DNA from: an uncultured Candidatus Saccharibacteria bacterium
Lineage (GTDB): Bacteria; Patescibacteriota; Saccharimonadia; Saccharimonadales; UBA4665
NCBI GenBank assembly: GCA_964427685.1
Contig: CAYRVE010000001.1
Span: 1-32,911 of the forward strand
Reading direction: 5' to 3'
DNA: 32,911 nt
Each line of letters opens with the position of its first letter. Position 1 is the first letter of the stretch. The translations under genes were made by a program, and so were the position numbers. The notes under the pieces were generated by a model that made no database searches, was not told the origin of the DNA, and was given only the letters and a program-made list of their open reading frames with translations. Shown here one piece after another: positions 22,841 to 30,265 of the stretch.

Positions 22841-23211
22841 TCTTTAAGCCTCCATTGTTTAAATACTCTATCTTGATATCTGCTAGAAGTTAATACTCCA
22901 GCATGACCAATATTATAAGCTATCACGCCTTTTGTCAAAGAATTGTAGCGAGTACGTTGATGGCTTAGATATTTACCAGCATAGTAGATGTTATTCTCTG
23001 GTCGCATCAAGTCCTCTTCATTACCTTTAAAGCCCATGCCTTTAGCAGTGTCGATTTTAATTTGGCAGATACCAACACTATTGCCTCTACCATCGTCTCT
23101 GTGGACGGCATAAATGTTATGATTTGATTCTACATAACACAGCGAACTAAGAAGACCGGGCGGAAGGTTGAGCTGCATAGACACTATTAGGAATAGAGTA
23201 TGTATGTTCAT
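22837..23211 (-). CDS. Lytic transglycosylase (SLT domain) with a hydrophobic N-terminus
   Basis: Catalytic YVESNHN, GICQI and IAYNIGHAG. Start taken at ATG 23211 (MNIHTLFLIVSM...); TTG 23247 is the alternative. Neither has a clear SD. Confidence 0.75.
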   Translation of the reverse strand: MNIHTLFLIVSMQLNLPPGLLSSLCYVESNHNIYAVHRDDGRGNSVGICQIKIDTAKGMGFKGNEEDLMRPENNIYYAGKYLSHQRTRYNSLTKGVIAYNIGHAGVLTSSRYQDRVFKQWRLKE

Positions 23212-23228
23212 TCTTATAATATAGCATA

Positions 23229-23927
23229 CTAGAGGCGTCCTGTCCAACGTCCCGACTTATTTAGAACCATCGGCACAATTTGAGGCACTCCATTTATAAT
23301 TACTGCTATACTTACTATAGGTCGTTTAGGATTGATTTTATTGTACTGCAACGCCAGAGACTTATCATTAGCCAAACATCCTGTATGGAGTCCAAACATT
23401 AGGCGTTCCGGAGTACTGATATAATGTATGTCTGCTCGTTCATGGAAATGTCCTTCGACTGTGCTCATACCGTATTGAGATGCCAGTTTACCAGGTGCTG
23501 CGGCCTTGCCGTGACAGAAATATACTGGGCCTAACTCTGTTTGTAGGATGAGATCGTCAACCCACTTCCAACCTTTAGGAGCGTCCAAAACCTCATTATA
23601 AGATCGAATAGCCTTAGTCGGAATACCGCCCGTCAGTGCTTTTCTAAGGACCATAGATCCGTGGTTCGACTCGATCACGATGCATTTAGGAAAGAGTTTA
23701 TAAATAGGTTTCAGTGCTTTAATGGCTTTTTCTAGCTCATCTCCTGCTGATTGTAGATCAGGGTTGGACTCATGATAAGACAAAGCATGGAAATCGGCCT
23801 CGTCTCCAATACACACTACAGTATCCGGTGTAAACTTAGCTTTACATGCCTTAAGGAAGATTACAGCATCTGGATGTTGATATGGGCAATGCATATCAGA
23901 AATTACAAGTATAGAATTAGCCTTCAT
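23229..23927 (-). CDS. Calcineurin-like metallophosphoesterase
   Basis: VISDMH, CIGDEADFH, ESNHG, FCHGK and EGHFH metal-ligand motifs in canonical order. Confidence 0.75.
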   Translation of the reverse strand: MKANSILVISDMHCPYQHPDAVIFLKACKAKFTPDTVVCIGDEADFHALSYHESNPDLQSAGDELEKAIKALKPIYKLFPKCIVIESNHGSMVLRKALTGGIPTKAIRSYNEVLDAPKGWKWVDDLILQTELGPVYFCHGKAAAPGKLASQYGMSTVEGHFHERADIHYISTPERLMFGLHTGCLANDKSLALQYNKINPKRPIVSIAVIINGVPQIVPMVLNKSGRWTGRL

Positions 23928-24196
23928 TTAGCCTCCGGTAAATCGTATTTCAATAAATAATCTAAAATCTTACGCGCGGTTTCGATAGTATGCCTTCCTA
24001 TGATACGTTTATTGCAATAAAAACACAACAAACCACGAATACGACCGGTTCTATGATTATGGTCACAGGCAAGTCTGTTTTTAAATGCAGACCTAGGTCG
24101 TTTACAAACTGCGCATTGGTCTCCATGTTTAGCTATGAGATCATTTCTGATAGCATCTATCTGCTTACGCGTGAAAAGTTTGCTTAGTTTTGGCAT
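23924..24196 (-). CDS. Recombination endonuclease VII family protein
   Basis: CAVCKRP...LACDHNHRTGRIRGLLCFYCNKRI matches the T4 endonuclease VII zinc/HNH-like signature. Confidence 0.85.
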   Translation of the reverse strand: MPKLSKLFTRKQIDAIRNDLIAKHGDQCAVCKRPRSAFKNRLACDHNHRTGRIRGLLCFYCNKRIIGRHTIETARKILDYLLKYDLPEAK

Positions 24197-25590
24197 ATCT
24201 GGCTGTTTCCCTTTACTAAGCTCACAGAGTGGCTCGACGGAAACATCGCCTTCAATCCCTCGCTATGCTCTACTACAAACACTGATTCGTGTGTAGTAGC
24301 TAAATTGTCCAGTAGTCTGTATGCCTTTGCTTTAAAATTTTCATCTAATCCGTCCAAAGCCTCGTCGTAGAAGATCTGGCTGAAATGTATGCCATTATGA
24401 TTCTCAACGGATTGCATAACTGCTGTTGCGAAACAGAGCTTAAGTAATTGTCGCTGACCTTTACTTAACTGTGTGAAAGTAGCTAGATTTCCATCTTTAT
24501 AAATAATTACCTCAAGTTTATCTGCTTCTGTTACTGAGAATTCTACCCTAATCTCTGCATCGAAGTAGTCATTAAGAAGCTTATTAGCTTGCGATTCTAG
24601 GTAAGACACGGTGTTAGTTATTAGCGATCCTCTAAATGACTCTATTACATCTTGAAGTACGTCTAGATCGGATAATTTTATTGCTAAATCTATTCTATTA
24701 GTTTCTAGAGTTTTCAGTTCTTCTTTTTGTTTAGATATAGCATGTGTATAATCTTTAGCTGCGTTTGTGTGAGGATTTACCTCTTTTAAAGCTTTTTCTA
24801 AACTAGCTAAATGCGGGTTTTCTTTATTGTTATGCACATGTTTGTCTTCTTTTAGCTGTGTGCCACATTCATTGCATTTCCCGGTAATTGTGTAGTCTCT
24901 AGTTGCTTCAAACTTATCGTAACATGCTTTTATATACTTAATAGTTTTTTCGTGCTCGTTTGTCCAGTTATTTGCTCTAGTACTCTCTTGTTTGTTTATA
25001 TTTTCAAGAGATTTCACGTTGTACTCAAGAGTAGTTTGTTGACTAACTATCTTATTTAATTCGTCTCTCAATGTTTTATACCGAGGCGAGACATTTAGCT
25101 GCAGTTTCTTAGCTAAAGATAGGTCCACTATCTGTTCGCATATCTGACGTCGATTTTTAGCTGTGGTAGTAAAAAACTGGGCTGTCTGCGAGAACTCATG
25201 GAAGTACGCCCCTGACAGATATAGCTCGCAGTCCAGCCCTAGGAGGGAATTTATTTGTTTTTGAGTGTCTCCCAAGTCTTTTCCCCTACGAACTTCAGCG
25301 TCATTAATACAGAAATAAAGATCATTAGGATTACGACTGCGGGAGATAGTATAACCATTAGCAAGCCTAATAGTGCCAGTAGTAGAGCCTTCGCTGTTCC
25401 AAGAACGTATTTCATCGACTTTTCCTCCTTTAGCCGTATGTCCGAATAAAATCCAAGGAATGATATCACATAATGTACTCTTACCGGAGCCTGTCGGACC
25501 TTGTATTAGTGTCAGCCCTTGATTCTGGAAATCAAAAGTGAGACCTTTGTAACTACCAAAATTTTGGACATGCGCTGAGATTATTCGCAT
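24184..25590 (-). CDS. SbcC/Rad50-like ATPase (short form)
   Basis: N-terminal Walker A LIQGPTGSGKST, a central coiled coil with CNECG, and C-terminal LSKGQRQ and FYDEALDGLD (signature and Walker B). Confidence 0.75.
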   Translation of the reverse strand: MRIISAHVQNFGSYKGLTFDFQNQGLTLIQGPTGSGKSTLCDIIPWILFGHTAKGGKVDEIRSWNSEGSTTGTIRLANGYTISRSRNPNDLYFCINDAEVRRGKDLGDTQKQINSLLGLDCELYLSGAYFHEFSQTAQFFTTTAKNRRQICEQIVDLSLAKKLQLNVSPRYKTLRDELNKIVSQQTTLEYNVKSLENINKQESTRANNWTNEHEKTIKYIKACYDKFEATRDYTITGKCNECGTQLKEDKHVHNNKENPHLASLEKALKEVNPHTNAAKDYTHAISKQKEELKTLETNRIDLAIKLSDLDVLQDVIESFRGSLITNTVSYLESQANKLLNDYFDAEIRVEFSVTEADKLEVIIYKDGNLATFTQLSKGQRQLLKLCFATAVMQSVENHNGIHFSQIFYDEALDGLDENFKAKAYRLLDNLATTHESVFVVEHSEGLKAMFPSSHSVSLVKGNSQICQN

Positions 25591-25826
25591 TCACACTTCT
25601 TTTCCCAACTGATGTAACCACCCACCTCTTTATCTGTACTGAACCAGTTTTTGGCGCGTTGGAAATCATAATTTCTAACTTCAAATCCTTTATTTTCTAA
25701 TTCTTTAATAATTATCTCAGGAAGTTTTTTATAGAAAAATATATAGGTAAAACCTTCTGATGCTCTGTCTTTAATTTCTTTGTAAATAGACTTTGCAACC
25801 AGTTTTTGTGCTAGTTTAGCTGTCAT
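25581..25826 (-). CDS. Hypothetical protein (81 aa) wedged between the Mre11-like and Rad50-like genes
   Basis: Start moved to ATG 25826 (ATGA overlap with the Mre11-like stop, GGAGAGG upstream). Its 3' end overlaps the Rad50-like start by 10 nt. Confidence 0.5.
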   Translation of the reverse strand: MTAKLAQKLVAKSIYKEIKDRASEGFTYIFFYKKLPEIIIKELENKGFEVRNYDFQRAKNWFSTDKEVGGYISWEKKCECE

Positions 25827-26836
25827 ACAAAGCCTCTCCATAACGATTTAAGTCTAAGTTTAGTCTCATCTGTAGTAGCTGTCAATGAGTCAATAGTGCT
25901 GTCCAGCAATTCTGATTGTGTCTGATTTTTGTGTTCAACTCTATTTACACTGTCTGTTGGTATAAGATCAAGTCTAATATTTCCGAAATAGTGATAGTGC
26001 TCTAATACGGCGGCTTTGTTGATAGTCGATAATTGTTCTTTGGTGCCTGAGATCTTAAGCCAGATTAAGTCTTCTTTGACGCCTACCAAGCAACCTTTCC
26101 AGTCATTGGCCTGCAGCTCATACACCCTGTGTCGTCGTAGGTTAGTAGGTATGAACTCTAAACTACCATCTGAATGTAGTATCTGAAAACCCTTTTCAGG
26201 ATCATCGGCTTCGGCGTAATTAAGGGTATAAGGATTGCCTATATAACTAGCCAGTCCTACGTGTCCTTTCCTAAGCCTGCCGCATTTTATGTCTTGACGA
26301 GTATGATAATGTCCGCTTATTATGCGGAGATTCTCTAGATATTCTCCGCTAATAGCTGACTTATCTTGGATGTATTCTCCTGATTTAGATCCTGAAATAC
26401 CTTGATGCATAATTATTGTGCTACCTTCAGGCAGCTTACTAATATAAACTATTAAGTTTTCTGGGCTGTGCTGATAAGGAATAGCATATAAAGTCAATTC
26501 TGAGATAAAAAAAGGCTCTTCTATAACTGCTGCCGGTACTTCTAGAAATTTAATAGCACTATCTTTTGATTTTTCGTTTAGCGAATCATGATTTCCTCGC
26601 AATACGTAACAAAATACACCTAACTTATCTGCATATTGAAATGTATCAATCATAGCATTTACACACTCGCCACGAAGGTTAGCCTTAGTATCGTGTAGGT
26701 CTCCTGCTACTATAAGCGGTATACTGAGACTATTAGCCTTGTCTATAGCCATTCGCATCGAAGCATCTGCCAAAGGCAATGTCTGTAGATTATAGTGTAC
26801 ATCTGAGATTAATACAGCAGTAGGTCTACAGCTCAT
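25823..26836 (-). CDS. SbcD/Mre11-like nuclease
   Basis: ISDVHYN, VAGDLHD, LRGNHD, IMHQG and ISGHYH phosphoesterase motifs. Start moved to ATG 26836 with GGAAGG upstream. Confidence 0.8.
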   Translation of the reverse strand: MSCRPTAVLISDVHYNLQTLPLADASMRMAIDKANSLSIPLIVAGDLHDTKANLRGECVNAMIDTFQYADKLGVFCYVLRGNHDSLNEKSKDSAIKFLEVPAAVIEEPFFISELTLYAIPYQHSPENLIVYISKLPEGSTIIMHQGISGSKSGEYIQDKSAISGEYLENLRIISGHYHTRQDIKCGRLRKGHVGLASYIGNPYTLNYAEADDPEKGFQILHSDGSLEFIPTNLRRHRVYELQANDWKGCLVGVKEDLIWLKISGTKEQLSTINKAAVLEHYHYFGNIRLDLIPTDSVNRVEHKNQTQSELLDSTIDSLTATTDETKLRLKSLWRGFV

Positions 26837-27029
26837 AGCCCTTCCAAACAAGTATTATATGATCAAACGGATTAGTAGGAAATCTTATAATGCAGTCTAA
26901 ATCATCTAATATATGATATTCAAACAATTCATTATCGAAATGCTTTGAAACGATATTTGTTGTATTAAACTTGTATAAGGAGTTTAGCGCAGAAACCGAT
27001 CCATATACTTTATAATGATCATTCGGCAT
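26826..27029 (-). CDS. Hypothetical protein (67 aa)
   Basis: Start moved to ATG 27029 (MPNDHYKVYG...). The longer track ORF would overlap 130 nt of the RecA-like gene. Confidence 0.4.
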   Translation of the reverse strand: MPNDHYKVYGSVSALNSLYKFNTTNIVSKHFDNELFEYHILDDLDCIIRFPTNPFDHIILVWKGYEL

Positions 27030-27921
27030 CAGACTGTTCGCTTGAGGGAACGGCTCCTGATGCTGTGATTTCAAAGTCAAGTTGATGCAATGAGGTTTCG
27101 GACTGGGAAAGATGGTTTTTGGATACAGTCGCCCTGGAAAGGATGCCATACTTAACCTTATTTCCTTTCACTACTTTTGTCAATGTCTTCAATCTCTTCA
27201 ACTGAATAATAAGAGAAGAGTGGAACTCGATCTTTTTACCGCCAGACTCTTTGTCGCCGTGCTGCATGAAGCCGATTTTAGCATACACCTGATTGGCCAA
27301 TACTACTGCTATAGAATCCGGGTATTTGTTGATAAGAGACACCAGCATTTTCATTACCTGCCCGTTCTCTTTGGCATCTTGTCCGGGCTGTCCGTGTTTC
27401 TCGCTGTCGAGTTCTCGTTCGGCGTGGCTTCTCGACTGACTACCACCTACACTGTCCCAGGCCAGTAGGATCTTTACGTCTGGATATTTATCTTTAGCTG
27501 CTATAATGAGTTTTCGGACTTTCTCGCCACCTTGGAGTATTTCATTCGTTTTCACCACGGCTAGATTTTTAGACTCGCCTTTGAAATGAGCGTCGTACCG
27601 TTTAGAATCGAATTTATCCTCTGAATCCCACAGAATAACGAAATGATTTGAGTTCTGTGCCGAAGCCATGATTTGGCCCGTCAGAGTTGACTTCCCGGTG
27701 TCGGGATTGCCAGACCATTGGACAATCTTATTGTAAGGAACGCAGGGGAGACCTACTAGCTCGGTGAGAGGGTGCCCGGGAGGGACAGGCACGCCGTCGG
27801 TCTCTGTAAAGGATTGGCGGATGGCATCTCCAGTAGTTATCATCCCCTGCGCTTTCTTATCTTTAGAATACAGCTTTTGGACTTCTTTTACAATACTATT
27901 CACATCGAATTTAATTGCCAC
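27019..27921 (-). CDS. RecA-superfamily recombinase-like ATPase (Sak4/UvsX-like)
   Basis: Walker A SGNPDTGKST, Walker B ILLAWDSVGG. 300 aa with an acidic C-terminus. GTG start. Confidence 0.6.
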   Translation of the reverse strand: MAIKFDVNSIVKEVQKLYSKDKKAQGMITTGDAIRQSFTETDGVPVPPGHPLTELVGLPCVPYNKIVQWSGNPDTGKSTLTGQIMASAQNSNHFVILWDSEDKFDSKRYDAHFKGESKNLAVVKTNEILQGGEKVRKLIIAAKDKYPDVKILLAWDSVGGSQSRSHAERELDSEKHGQPGQDAKENGQVMKMLVSLINKYPDSIAVVLANQVYAKIGFMQHGDKESGGKKIEFHSSLIIQLKRLKTLTKVVKGNKVKYGILSRATVSKNHLSQSETSLHQLDFEITASGAVPSSEQSDAE

Positions 27922-27925
27922 AATT

Positions 27926-28135
27926 CTACCATTTCCAAGAGAGTGGTATGAACCTAACTATGCTGTTTGTATACTCTTTTAGATTAATCATTCGTTCCAG
28001 GCTAGTCATACTAAGAATATACTCTCTATGCTCTAAAGTACAGAAATTACAAAATAGTTTACTTTCGGTTCTAGACATTCCCATTTCTTCTTGAAGAATT
28101 TTTCGTACTTTACGTTTATTCTTAGTAATACTCAC
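27926..28135 (-). CDS. Hypothetical protein (69 aa)
   Basis: ORF track. ATGA coupling with 28132..28533. Confidence 0.45.
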   Translation of the reverse strand: MSITKNKRKVRKILQEEMGMSRTESKLFCNFCTLEHREYILSMTSLERMINLKEYTNSIVRFIPLSWKW

Positions 28136-28533
28136 TCGAACCGACCTTTACTCACACCACGATAATGGATATGAGCATTTTGGAATATCTGATAATACCG
28201 TTCGAGCTCATTCCTGTCGACTTCAGCCCTATCAAAGGCTTCTTGTTCGTCTTGTACGATTTTGTCAGCATTGATCATCGACTCAATTTGAGTTTCTGTT
28301 GGCTTCTTATCGGCTTTCTGCACGATATCGAGATAGATGGCTGAGCGGACTGCTTTTACACCAGATTTGCGGAGACGAGAGTCGAGATCAGCTTTTTTCA
28401 ATTCTGTTGATACTTGGAGCTGAGCGTACAAGAACTCCCCTGCGAGTCTCTCGGCATCTTCAAGAGTTACGCCCTGCTCGTATGAGTTTTGGATCTTAGT
28501 TTCAAGTTGTTTACAGAGTTCTTGGAATTTCAT
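28132..28533 (-). CDS. Hypothetical coiled-coil protein (133 aa)
   Basis: ORF track. GGAGG lies 8 nt before the ATG. Confidence 0.55.
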   Translation of the reverse strand: MKFQELCKQLETKIQNSYEQGVTLEDAERLAGEFLYAQLQVSTELKKADLDSRLRKSGVKAVRSAIYLDIVQKADKKPTETQIESMINADKIVQDEQEAFDRAEVDRNELERYYQIFQNAHIHYRGVSKGRFE

Positions 28534-28610
28534 TTTAAAACCTCCGACATAATATAGCCTAAAATAAAAGCTGCAATAGGCGCTGCAAATATTGCTACAT
28601 ATATTTCCAT
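28530..28610 (-). CDS. Candidate 26-aa single-pass membrane peptide
   Basis: Reads MEIYVAIFAAPIAAFILGYIMSEVLK. Start overlaps the upstream stop (TAATG) and stop overlaps the downstream start (ATGA). Below the ORF-track cut-off. Confidence 0.3.
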   Translation of the reverse strand: MEIYVAIFAAPIAAFILGYIMSEVLK

Positions 28611-29074
28611 TAAAAGTCCAATCCTATACTAACACCTACAACGCCATTCATCAAGCCAAAAGCACCCACAGTAACAGGTCCGATAAATTCTTTACTCACA
28701 GACAATCCGTAAGTTGGCACCAGCAGGCCTCGAGAAAAGTCATTGGCTCCAAGCACTGAGATATTGATCTTAGATCCAGGTTTGGAAGTCGACTCTGTCA
28801 TCATTTTACTGTCCATGCTTTCCGTTGCTTTTTCATTCTGGACCTGATCAATAACCGTTGTCGTTGTGTCTGTCCCGTCGGGTTTCTTTGATTCTGTAAT
28901 TGTTGTCTTAGTGTGAGTATTTATTGTCTCTTGAGTCTTGCTTTCTGTAACAGATTTAGAGGTTGAGGAAGTATCCACATTATTACTGGAACTCCAACGA
29001 CCAACAGCAAAAGAAGTAACAACACAAAGTACTCCTATTAAGACTTTAGTTCTAGTAGTAATTTCGAAGTTCAT
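28610..29074 (-). CDS. Membrane protein with an N-terminal TM/signal anchor, a Ser/Thr-rich linker and a C-terminal beta-strand domain ending in Phe
   Basis: Start moved to ATG 29074 (MNFEITTRTKVLIGVLCVVTSFAVG...). The C-terminus VVGVSIGLDF resembles an outer-membrane beta-signal. Confidence 0.55.
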   Translation of the reverse strand: MNFEITTRTKVLIGVLCVVTSFAVGRWSSSNNVDTSSTSKSVTESKTQETINTHTKTTITESKKPDGTDTTTTVIDQVQNEKATESMDSKMMTESTSKPGSKINISVLGANDFSRGLLVPTYGLSVSKEFIGPVTVGAFGLMNGVVGVSIGLDF

Positions 29075-29187
29075 AAAGGTCCTAAATAAACGCAATCACT
29101 TCTACGGTTATAAGAATAAGTACCTAACCAATCACCATAGTCAGTAGGCTGATTGTGTGTGCTTTCAAAAATTCTATTCAATTTTCG

Positions 29188-29196
29188 ATTATACCA
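29188..29196 (-). promoter_or_regulatory. Extended -10 element TGGTATAAT
   Basis: Read on the minus strand just after the ClpP-like stop. No good -35. Confidence 0.3.
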
Positions 29197-29204
29197 TATA
29201 AAAA

Positions 29205-29708
29205 TCATTCCAACACCTTGTCGATAATACCTAGTTCAAGACATTCCTGGGCAGTTAAATACGTCTCATTCTTATGCAATGAAGCCCAAACAGATTCATT
29301 AGTTGTAGTTACGCTAGCCAAGAGTTTACACCACTGGTCCTCCATCCTCCGAGAATGGGCAGCATCTTTTTCGACTTGACTTACAGTCATATTCGTGTCT
29401 ACTGTCGTGGAATCCTCGTGAACCATAAGCCAAGACGACGAAGACATAACACGTGTGTCGCCAGCAGATAAGATCAGTACGGCAGCACTAGCCACATACC
29501 CATAAGCAGTGATACTAATCATACACGGAGAAGATCTAATCCTATCGAAAAAAGCCAATGCAGCATAAGCTTCTCCTCCTTCAGAGGTTAAATCAATGTA
29601 TATATGAGAATATGGGTCTTGCTCGAGCCGAGAGAGTCTCCTATTGAATTTGACGAAAGCCTCGTCATTTATCTCTCCAGTAATGTAAATCTTACGAGAT
29701 AGATCCAT
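29205..29708 (-). CDS. ClpP-family (S14) serine protease-like protein
   Basis: ITGEINDE, TSEGGEAYAALAFFD, GYVASAAVLILSAG (Ser) and WLMVHE (His), with C-terminal LTAQECLELGIIDKV. RBS GAGGAGG. Confidence 0.7.
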   Translation of the reverse strand: MDLSRKIYITGEINDEAFVKFNRRLSRLEQDPYSHIYIDLTSEGGEAYAALAFFDRIRSSPCMISITAYGYVASAAVLILSAGDTRVMSSSSWLMVHEDSTTVDTNMTVSQVEKDAAHSRRMEDQWCKLLASVTTTNESVWASLHKNETYLTAQECLELGIIDKVLE

Positions 29709-29789
29709 GTAACCTCCTCAAATAGATTATAATAAGAGTTACTAAAAATCAAGAGAAATCTTCGGTAAGCATAGTCTTAATTTTCTGGA

Positions 29790-29836
29790 TAAGCCATGGC
29801 TTAAGCCTTATACTTAAGACTAGGACTTAAGCTTAA
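29790..29836. promoter_or_regulatory. Palindrome array: the 14-bp palindrome TAAGCCATGGCTTA plus three CTTAAG sites phased at 13 bp
   Basis: CTTAAG at 29800, 29813 and 29826. Extra CTTAA at 29776 and 29832. The array lies in the predicted 5' leader of the leftward operon. Confidence 0.6.
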
Positions 29837-29886
29837 TACAATAGCTGTTAATATATTAGTTATTGTGACGCCCGAAGGTCAGCTAA

Positions 29887-29915
29887 ATTATAACATGAAA
29901 ATAGCTAAATGTCAA
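29887..29915 (-). promoter_or_regulatory. Consensus sigma70 promoter TTGACA-N17-TATAAT driving the leftward operon
   Basis: Minus strand: TTGACAtttagctattttcatgtTATAAT. Both hexamers are perfect. Confidence 0.6.
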
Positions 29916-29997
29916 TATAAATAATAATTGCAGCTAATAGGAGATTTTTATAGTAAACTATATTTAAATGCTATATCCTATTTTTATAGGAGGTTTT

Positions 29998-30174
29998 ATG
30001 AATAAAATTACTATAGGAGATAGAGTTTTGCTTAAACAGCCGCTTAAAAGCATGAAGCGAACAGAAGGAGTTGTGTTAAGCGCTCCTAATAAATCTGATG
30101 GCTTTTACTATGTAAAAATCAAACATCAGACTTGGTCTTTTCCAAAAGATGCACTTTTAAAGGTTTCTGCCTAA
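29998..30174 (+). CDS. Hypothetical small protein (58 aa), possibly an SH3/KOW-like beta fold
   Basis: Start moved to ATG 29998, preceded by TAGGAGGTTTT. Reads MNKITIGDRVLLKQP... Confidence 0.55.
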   Translation: MNKITIGDRVLLKQPLKSMKRTEGVVLSAPNKSDGFYYVKIKHQTWSFPKDALLKVSA

Positions 30175-30175
30175 T

Positions 30176-30265
30176 ATGGATAAAATCGTTATTATATCTA
30201 TTAGAATCGTTAATGAGCCTATAGAGGCTCTAGAATCAACGCAAATCAAGGAGGCCTTATCATGA
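30176..30265 (+). CDS. Candidate 29-aa peptide
   Basis: The ATG lies 1 nt after the upstream stop. Its stop overlaps the ATG of 30262 (ATGA). Reads MDKIVIISIRIVNEPIEALESTQIKEALS. Confidence 0.25.
   Translation: MDKIVIISIRIVNEPIEALESTQIKEALS

Noticed and set aside
26826-27149. The full 107-aa track ORF overlapping 130 nt of the RecA-like gene.
   Set aside because: Such a long out-of-frame overlap is unlikely. The internal ATG 27029 gives an 11-nt overlap, consistent with the coupling style used throughout the operon.
29867-29880. The UUCG-tetraloop 5' stabiliser hairpin as a separate feature.
   Set aside because: The stem is only 2+2 bp with a 2-nt bulge, and its relevance depends on an unmapped transcription start. 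It is mentioned within the control-region finding instead.
29709-29997. Calling this region an attP site, an origin of replication or a lysogeny switch.
   Set aside because: No integrase, CI/Cro-like repressor pair or replication initiator is recognisable next to it. The palindromes are reported as an observation only and their function is left open.
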